A stretch of 54,937 bases of DNA, taken from assembly GCA_001724265.1 (NCBI GenBank), contig MEDY01000190.1:1-54937 (forward strand), in the 5' to 3' direction. Below the pieces are notes generated by a model. It made no database searches and was not told the DNA's origin. It was given only the letters and a program-made list of their open reading frames with translations. Positions 47,179-54,937 of the stretch are shown piece after piece; the first letter of the stretch is position 1; every line of letters begins with the position of its first letter. The stretch is from Rhizaria sp. SCN 62-66 (lineage: Eukaryota). Both the position numbers and the translations under genes were made by a program.

Positions 47179-48192
47179 TTAGACGTTGATGACCATCTTG
47201 CCGGTGTTAGTGCCCTTGAAGAGTCCGACGAAGGCCTCGGGGACCTTGTCGATGCCCTCGAGCACGGTCTCGTCGACCTTAACCTTACCGTCGGCGATGA
47301 GCTTGGGCACGGTGGCATAGAACTCGTCCAGCGCGCCGGGCTGCGCGACGTAGTCGAAGACGAGGAAGCCCTTGACGGTGAGCGCGCGGTAAATGAGGTG
47401 GAAGAGGAACGACTCAACCTGCGCCGGCTTCTCGTTGTTGTACTCAGCGATGGCGCCGAGGACCGAGATGCGAGCGTGGCGGTCGTAGAGGTCCCAGAGC
47501 GCGGCGGTGACGTGGCCGCCCGTGTTGTCGACGTAGAAACTAGGCTTGTCGTCGCCGAGCGCGGCCTTGAGCGCCTCCTGCATCGTCTCCTTGGTGGTAT
47601 GCTCCTTATAATCGATGCACGCGTCGAAGCCGTAGTCGGCGACAACCTTGGCGCACTTGTCCTTGCCGCCAGCAGTACCGATGACCTTCTTGGCGCCGTA
47701 CACGCGCGCAAGCTGGCCGAAAAGCGAGCCGACGGCGCCCGCGGCGCCCGACACGACGACGACGTCGCCGGCCTTGAAGCCGCCCTGCTTGATCACGCCG
47801 TACGCCGTCTGGCCGGGCATGCCGAGGGCCCCGACGTAGAGCGACTTGCGCAGGCCGAGGCTCAGGTCGACCTTGCGGAGCTTGTCGGCGGGCACGGCAA
47901 CGTAGAGCTTCTGCTCGGCAATGCCAGTAACAACGTCGCCAACGGCGAAGAGAGCGGACTTGGACTCTACGACGGTGCCGATGATGTAGTTGGCGAGTAC
48001 AGTGCCGACGGGGGCGGAAGCGAGGGCGCCGCGGAGGTAGGGGTCGACCGAGATCGACTCGGTCTTGACCAGAACCTCGTTCTCGGCAAGGACAGGATAG
48101 TCGGTGGGCACGACGGCGAAGTTGGACTCGGCAACCATGCCCTTGAAGGGCGCGGCGAGGGTGACTTGCTTGTTAGCGGGGGTGGCGGACAT
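47179..48192 (-). CDS. NADP-dependent 2-alkenal/double-bond reductase (PTGR1/CurA-like, MDR superfamily), 337 aa, single exon
   Basis: Motifs ISVDPYLRG, GALGMPGQTAY, VVVSGAAGAVGSLFGQLAR, VIGTAGGKDKC, GFDACIDYK, YVDNTGG, GAIAEYN and GLFKGTNTGKMVI. Ends in TAA. Confidence 0.95.
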   Translation of the reverse strand: MSATPANKQVTLAAPFKGMVAESNFAVVPTDYPVLAENEVLVKTESISVDPYLRGALASAPVGTVLANYIIGTVVESKSALFAVGDVVTGIAEQKLYVAVPADKLRKVDLSLGLRKSLYVGALGMPGQTAYGVIKQGGFKAGDVVVVSGAAGAVGSLFGQLARVYGAKKVIGTAGGKDKCAKVVADYGFDACIDYKEHTTKETMQEALKAALGDDKPSFYVDNTGGHVTAALWDLYDRHARISVLGAIAEYNNEKPAQVESFLFHLIYRALTVKGFLVFDYVAQPGALDEFYATVPKLIADGKVKVDETVLEGIDKVPEAFVGLFKGTNTGKMVINV

Positions 48193-49353
48193 TTTGTAGC
48201 TGCAGTTGCATCCAGAAATGGAATCAAGGAGATATCGAGGAATGTGAGAGACATATTTGGATATAGTGTGTTAAAAAGGCGCTGCTATATGTTGCTAAGA
48301 AAAACTCCCGCGTTTGTTGTGACTTCGCAGCGCAGGAGACGATGATATGAAGGAGTGGGCCGAGCAGTCGTTTGCTTACAGAGGACTGAATTTAAACCGA
48401 GGCAAAGTAGAGCGCATTAATGCGAGTGCGGAGGTGTCATAAAATAAAGCAATTGTTGAAAAACCTGCGATCAACCAAAATGCAATGTTTAAACCTCAAA
48501 GTAGTGTGTTGACACGTCGGTATTGCATCTTGACAAAAGTGCATTGAGCATCCATCAAACCCTCCACTTGCTTCGAGAACATGGGCGACGATGTAGTCGA
48601 TTGTCGGTTGGCTGACGTCGGTTCGTTCCAGTCGGTTCGGCGGGACCGAAAAAGTGAGCGGAAAATAATTATGCGATCGAAATTTGCCGAACAGGCCGAA
48701 ATTCGGCGGTGTCGCACGACAGGGCTCTGAACGGAAAGTGACCGTCCAGGAGGGTGGGCGGAAATCAGGAGCGGGTTGTTAATAGTGAAAGCGCATCGAA
48801 GACAAAGTGACCGTGGGTGGGCCACCGCATAGAAAGGGCGATGAATCGCGTTTGAGTGCCAGAGACGATCGGTGCAAGGTATAGAACTGGCAATTTAATT
48901 TATATACTGCTCCTACCGGGGTACATCTTGGGTTGTTGCGGCGCCGCTCCCCGTCGTTGGTGTCCCGACAAGCCGGCTGTTTTGACTCGACTTAGGTTCG
49001 GATGCACTCGACGCCCTGTGCGATCCTCATCTAAGGAGTTATTATTCGCGTTGCTGTTACCGAATAGCGCTTAAATTAAACTTGGGGATACCTTGGTCTA
49101 TTATATAGCGGATATCACGTCGTTGCACGCCCCGGTGTCTTTTATGCACGCCAATTCCGCCTTTGATTTGCAGCCCCAAGCCCATGCAGTCAGGATTCCC
49201 CGCCACTTGGGTCACCCACTTCTCCCGTCGGTATTTCCACTCCATCCGCATTGCTTGTGACACGCGCTAACATTTTCCCTCTTGAAAACCTCCGATCTTG
49301 CCGCCAATGTCCTCTTTCCCGCACCAAATCTCGCTCAGCTCAGCCCCTTGGCG

Positions 49354-52300
49354 ATGAGTCAACCGAACAACAACCCTCGGTTCCCTCAACGCCCCTCGGC
49401 CCCGGCCTCCGCGGCCCCGACAGGCGCGCCCCCGGGCGCTCCCGTCGCTGCCACCGCAGGAGGCCACCACCCGGTCCCATCTGCGGGGCCGGGCGCGCAT
49501 CACAGCGCATCCATGCAGCACCAAGCCAAGGCTGGGCAGCGGCCCCCGTACCATAACAGCTACAGCGCACAGCAGCATCCGCAGCAGCAGCAGCAGCAGT
49601 CGCACGCGCCACACGGCCACTACGCGGGCCACCCCGCCCACAGCAGCCACCCGGACGCCACGCACGGGCACGCGTACCCGCACACGCACAGTGCCTCCGC
49701 CGTCGCCTCCGCCGCCTCCGCCACGACTGCCGCCGCCCCGGGCGCTGGACACGGCGGCTTCACCGGGCTCGCATCGTACCCTGCCGCGGTGGCCCCTTCG
49801 CACGCGCACGCGCCCGCGCCCGTCCCGGTCCCGGTGTCGACGCTTCACCCCCCGTCCGCCCCGGCCGCCCCCGCCCCCGCCGCCACCGCGGCCGCTGCTG
49901 CGGCAATGGCTGCTGCAGCGTCGCATGCGGCGCCGGGCGCTCCATTGCCCGCGCAAGGGCTCGTATTGGGCTACGGCATTATGCCTGCGCACGGCCAGTT
50001 GCCCGGCGCGCACAGTCAAATCCCCGGTCAAATGCCCAGTCAAATGCCCAGTCAAATGCCAGTTCCGGGCCAGATCCCCGGCCAGATGCCCGGCCAGGTG
50101 CCCGGTTTGGCCGGGATCAGCCCTGCGCACCTGACGGACGCGATCACGGCGACGTACCAGCAGATGCTCGCCTTCACGCCCGGCTCGGCGGAGCACACGC
50201 AGGCACAAAACCAGCTCATGGCGCTTGCTCAGCTGCAGGTGCAGGTGCAGGCGCAGGCGCAAGCCTACGCGCAGCAGCAGCAGCAGCAGCAGCAACTGTA
50301 CATGGCACAGGCACAGGCACAGGCCCAGGCGCAGGCGCAGGCCGCCGCTGCCGCTGCGGCCGCGGCGGCAGGGGCTGGGATCCCCGGCGCCGCCGTTGAC
50401 AACAGCGCAGTTGCCGCGGCACTGTTCGCGCAGTCCCACGACCCGCAGCAGCAGTTGCTGCAGTACCAGTTCATGCAGCAGCAGCAGCACCAGCAGCAGC
50501 AGGGCATGCAGTCGCTCCAGGGCCAGCTGTTTTCGCACCTGCTCACACAGCAGCAACAACAGCAACAGCAGCAACAGCTCGCTCTGGACCCGCACCAGCA
50601 GCTCCAGCAGCTCCAGCAGCAGCACGGCTACGACCAGTACTACTTCAGCAGCACCACCAACCACCACCACGGCCACGCCGGCCAAGGCAGCAACAGCGCG
50701 ACCCCAACCCCCGGCGCGGCCGGCGCGGTTGCTGCCCATGGTCACTCGGCGCCGCAAGGACACGTGTCGCGGCCGCAATCCCAAACACAGTCGCACAACA
50801 ACATGACCAACGGCCCCCTGAACAACAACAACAATAACAACAGCATCGTTCATAACAATAACCACAACAACAAGCACCCCCAACAGCAGCAGGGCGGCCC
50901 CCGGCCCGGCTCCAGCACCGCGGTCAAGCGCGGCCCGACCCCGAATAACACCCACAACAACGCGCACGCGAACGCGAACAACCCGAACAACCCGGCGCAC
51001 CAGGCGCTCCACGCGGCCGCCACGCCCACCTGCATCGAGGCCGCGCCCATCTACACGCCCTCGCCGTCGCCGGTGCCGCCTCGGTCCTCGTCCTCGGCCT
51101 CGGCCGCCTCGTCCTCGGCGGGCAACGCGAGCAGCCTCAGCAACAGCCACCACCACAGCAGCAGCAGCAGCAGCTCCGCACTCGCGGGCTCCGGCGGCGC
51201 GTTCGCGACCATCTCGGAGGCCGCTCTAGACGCGGCGCTTGTGAACCACCCTCTGTACCACACTCTGGCGCTCGCGCGCGCCGCCGCGTTGTCGGCCGAC
51301 CTGCCGACCGCACTCTCGCACGCCGCGGCCGCCACGGTCACCGCCGCCTCCACCTCCGCCTCGGCCTCAGCGCCCGCCGCGGCGGCCTCTGGCGGCCGGA
51401 AGCAGTATGGCAGCCACAAGCAGCAGCGCGCGCCCGCGTCGCCCGCGGTGGGCCAGGCCGCCACCTCGGCCGCGGTGGCCGCCGCAGTCGTCGCCGCCGA
51501 CAACTCCAGCCTCACCCACTCGCAGGCGCAGTCCCAGGGGACGATGACGCTCCGTTCCCCGCCCGCGCTGACCGAGGCCTCGGCCTCGCGCCGCCGTTTA
51601 CTGGCCGCGCTGTCCCCGGAGGCGAAGCTATACATGTCGCTGACGCCCTCGGCGCTTAAGAACTTGTGGTGGTACGCGACGCACTGGCTCACGTTGATGC
51701 GCGCCGAGATCGACTTCGCGGTGCTTGAGCTCCGCCAGGCCATCGAGGGCGTGCCGCGCGACCTCCGCGTCTCGCAGAGCAGCGGCACCGCGCTCGCGAC
51801 GGTGACGCAGGCACACGCGCACTCGAGTACCGGCGGGGCGCGCGTGCCGGGCCAGCACGGTCACGGACAGCAGCAGCCGCAGCAGGGCCAGCAGGGCAGC
51901 CTCTTCCGCGGCTGGGCCCTGACCGAGAGCTCTCTGTACGCCACGGGCAAGTCCCTGTCTGCGCGCGGTAGTGCGTTCACCGACGCAAGCGCGCGCCTGA
52001 TCACGGGCAAGAAGAAGACCAAGGACGCGAGCGCGATCGCCCCGGGGCAGAAGCCCTCCAAGCGGCAACTGCAGGGCGTCGACGGCGACTGCCTCGTCAA
52101 GGAGGTCCAGGTCCGCTTCTCGCTTCCTGCCTCCGGCAATAACAACAACCCCAACGGCGGCGGCGGCGGCGGCGGCGCTGGCGGCGGTGCCGGCGGCGAC
52201 GGTGACGACGGGCAGTTCCAGACCGGCGACATCGTGTGGATCAGCGTCATGCCCGGCTCCCCCGGCGTGCCCGACACGCCGCCCGCGGTGCTCGCCCGCC

Positions 52301-54937
52301 TCTCCATTATGGCGCACTCGCCGCTGGCCACGGGCGCTGCGTTCAACCCCGGCGAGCTGCAGGCCGAGTGCCCGCACCTGGCGCGCGTGCTGGCGCACTC
52401 TCACGCGCTATCGTGCCGCGCCGGCGCGCCGCTGCCGCACTACACTGCGCGGCCCCCTCCCACGGGCTCCGACGGGCTGCCGCTGCCCGCCGCGCCGTCG
52501 GTAGACCCCGCCGTCACGGCGCGCTTCCCCGCGCTGTCGAGCGCGCCGCACCTGGCCAACCACGCCTGGTGGTCGCCGGAGCCCGACGCGTCGGCCGCCG
52601 CCGTCGTCGCCGCGGGCGGCGCTGGCCCCGGCTCGCGACTTGACTTGTGTTATCCTGAGGCCGCGGGTATGAAGGAGCTCGCATCGCTGTTCGAGACGGA
52701 GACGACCTCGGGCGGCTTCGCCTCGGCCGCGGCGTCCAACGCGAGCAAGAAGCGCACCGCGGCGGTGGCCGCCGCCGCTGCCGCGGCCGCTGCGCGTAAG
52801 CACGCTCACTCGACGCTGACGCACGCACAGGCTCAGGGCCGGTCGGCCGCGCCGGTACACGTGCCCGCCGGCTCCAACGGCGTGCCGGGCCCGCACTGGG
52901 GCTACCTGGGCCCCGCGCTGCCGCTGCCGTCGCTGCTGCGTCCGCTTGAGGGCACCGTCATCACGGCCAACGCGCAGAGCATCGAGGTGTCGCTCATGAT
53001 GCCTGTCAGCATCGCCAAGAACTGGTTCGCGCCCAACTCTTCCGGCGGCGGCGGCGGCGGCTACGGCGGTGGCGGCGGCTATGGCGGCGGCTACGGCGGC
53101 GGTAACCAGAACCAACCGTTTTTGGGTCCCACTCCTCGCGACTACGACAACCACCAGAACTACCACGGGCCCCTGCCTTCGTACATCACCAGCATCACCA
53201 ACGCCAACCCCAACAGCCACCAACACGGCAACAACAACTACAGCGCCGGCGCGGTCTCCCCCGTCGTGCCCGAGCTGCTCGCCGTGCCCATGCCCACGCA
53301 CGCCCGCGTCTCGGGCGGCGGCGGCGGCGGCGGCGCTGGCGCCCGCGGTGCTCGCGACAGCTCCGGCGCGGGCGGCAGCGTTGGCAGCGGCGACCCCAAC
53401 GGGCTCAGCGTGTCAAACTGCGCCCCCGCGCTGCCCACCACGCTGTGGCGCATCGACAAGGGCCCTTCGATGGTGCCCTTCGAGCGCTCCGCCGCCGCCG
53501 TCGCGGCCATGGCCTCGGGCTCCCAGGTCCGCGGATACGAGGTACGGCTCGACACAAGAACTTTTCAAGATATTTTAAGTTTTTGTATGCGCTTCCTGTC
53601 AGATATTTTTTTTTAAATTATTCACGTGCACATTACTGTTTTGTTTCTAATTTCATCTCTATTACTGCAACCATCACTCATCATTCTCTTCATTTATTCA
53701 TTCTCACTGTCTCTCCCCATTTTGCACACTCTGCCCCAGGGCCCCGACGCGGTGCGCCACATCCTGTGCCGCACGAACCACCTCACCGCGCTTGACCCCG
53801 CCGCGCCGGGCCGTCTGCTGGCCCGCGCGCGCGCCGCCCTCCGCGCCCAGCTCAAGCGCATGCCGCGCCAGGTCCCGCAGCCCGAAGCCAAGCCGCTCTC
53901 CGCCCTCTCGGCCGACGACGCTACCAACGCCGGCTCCAGCTCTGCGGGTCCGGGCGCCCCACTGTCTGCGGCGACCGCGGCGGCCGTGGCCGCTGCCGAG
54001 GCGGCGCACACTGCGGCCGCCAAGGCGAGCGGGACCGTCGCGATCGACTCCTGGGAGGACGATGAGGTGGCGGTGACGGCGAGCGCGCTGGCCGCGGACA
54101 CCAACGTCACTGGCACGCTGCCCACGCCCGCCGCTACCACGACGACCACCCCCACCAGCGCCGGCAGCGCCTCGAACGACAAGTCGCCCGCCAACAGCGC
54201 CTCTACTCCTGCCAAGGACGCGACGGAGCCTGACTCGTCCAGCGCTGTCGTCATTGCCGGCCGCCGCCCTCCTGCCGCCGTGGCTGTCGCTGTGAAGAAG
54301 ATGCCGCGCATTTTCTCGGTCCCGCGCCTGCCGCGCATCCATCTGCCGCTGGACCTGGCGCTGGCCGCGCTCTCGTCCTCGGCCGCGGGCGCGGAGCTGG
54401 GCGCCACCGACCTGGCCGCCGCCGCCGACACGGCGCAACTGACGCGCCCTGCGTCGCTCTTAACGCTGACGGCGACCGAGGCGAAGCGCGACGAGCTCAT
54501 CTGCCTCGCGCTGCGCCAGACCGAGTTCAACCGTCAGTCGTACATGGCGCCCGGCGAGGAGGCGGACGCGGCGCTCATCGCTGCCGACGCCGCCGCCGCC
54601 GCGGCCGCCGCGAACCCCGGCTCCGACCCCGCGCTGCTGCGGCAGATGCAGCTGCTGCGCGCGCGCGACGCCGCGATCGCCGCCTTTCTGGGCACCGCCG
54701 TGCCACCCTTCGCGCGCGCGGGCCCGAACGACCTGCAGCCGCCGTCGCTGGCTGGCCGGTTTTACTACCGCCGCGCGCCGGCGCCGCTGCAGCTGCTCGC
54801 GCGTGTGGCCGTCATGTCGCCCCCGCGCCCGCGCTGCGTCGCGCTGCCGCTGGCCGCGCTCGCCGCGGCGCCGCCCGCCGCCGCGCAGGCCTGGCTCGCC
54901 GCCGCCGCGCCCGCGCTGCAGCCGCCCGCCGCCGCGG
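49354..54937 (+). CDS. Large protein, probable UPF1/IGHMBP2-like SF1 helicase N-terminal part, preceded by a Q/H/N/P-rich prion-like region; exons 49354-53541, 53740->54937 (runs off the right edge)
   Basis: Dispersed blocks HWLTLMRAEIDFAVLELRQAIE, FQTGDIVWISV, LEGTVITANAQSIEVSL and WRIDKGPSMVPFERSAAAV resemble the stalk/1B region upstream of the P-loop in DNA2/NAM7-type helicases. The intron GTACGG..CCCAG joins to a frame that stays open to the window end. No Walker motifs within the window. Confidence 0.5.
50017..50106 (+). repeat. Degenerate 12-nt coding repeat (CARATSCCCRGY-like) encoding Q-(I/M/V)-P-(G/S)
   Basis: QIPGQMPSQMPSQMPVPGQIPGQMPGQVPG is visible in both DNA and translation. 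Confidence 0.85.

Noticed and set aside
48300-49260. Search for a tRNA (especially a CTA-anticodon suppressor) in this and other spacers containing GGTTCG-like words
   Set aside because: I could not build a cloverleaf by eye. No tRNA is supported in this window.

Overview
Gene-dense eukaryotic nuclear DNA, probably from a protist (lineage not determinable here). Exons are GC-rich, often very long and full of Ala/Ser/Gln/Asn low-complexity insertions. Introns are short, mostly AT/pyrimidine-rich GT-AG introns (98-430 nt, donor mostly GTACGT). I reconstructed 15 protein-coding genes, two of them cut by the window edges: a mitochondrial-targeted protein, a Deg/HtrA protease, a giant RNI-like LRR protein, a Fis1-like protein, an RS-domain DUF3752/GPALPP1-like protein, two large low-complexity proteins, a class 2 DHODH, a COG1-like protein, a PUFA elongase, a ZIP transporter, a Med11-like protein, a secreted Lys/Ala-tailed protein, an NADP-dependent alkenal reductase and a probable UPF1/IGHMBP2-like helicase. 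The main finding is evidence for a variant nuclear genetic code. Three in-frame TAG codons (24969, 25068, 35867) interrupt two otherwise intact long genes, in contexts that point to Gln. All 13 complete gene models end in TAA (9) or TGA (4), never TAG. The simplest reading is UAG=Gln with UAA/UGA retained as stops. All family assignments come from motif recognition, not database searches.
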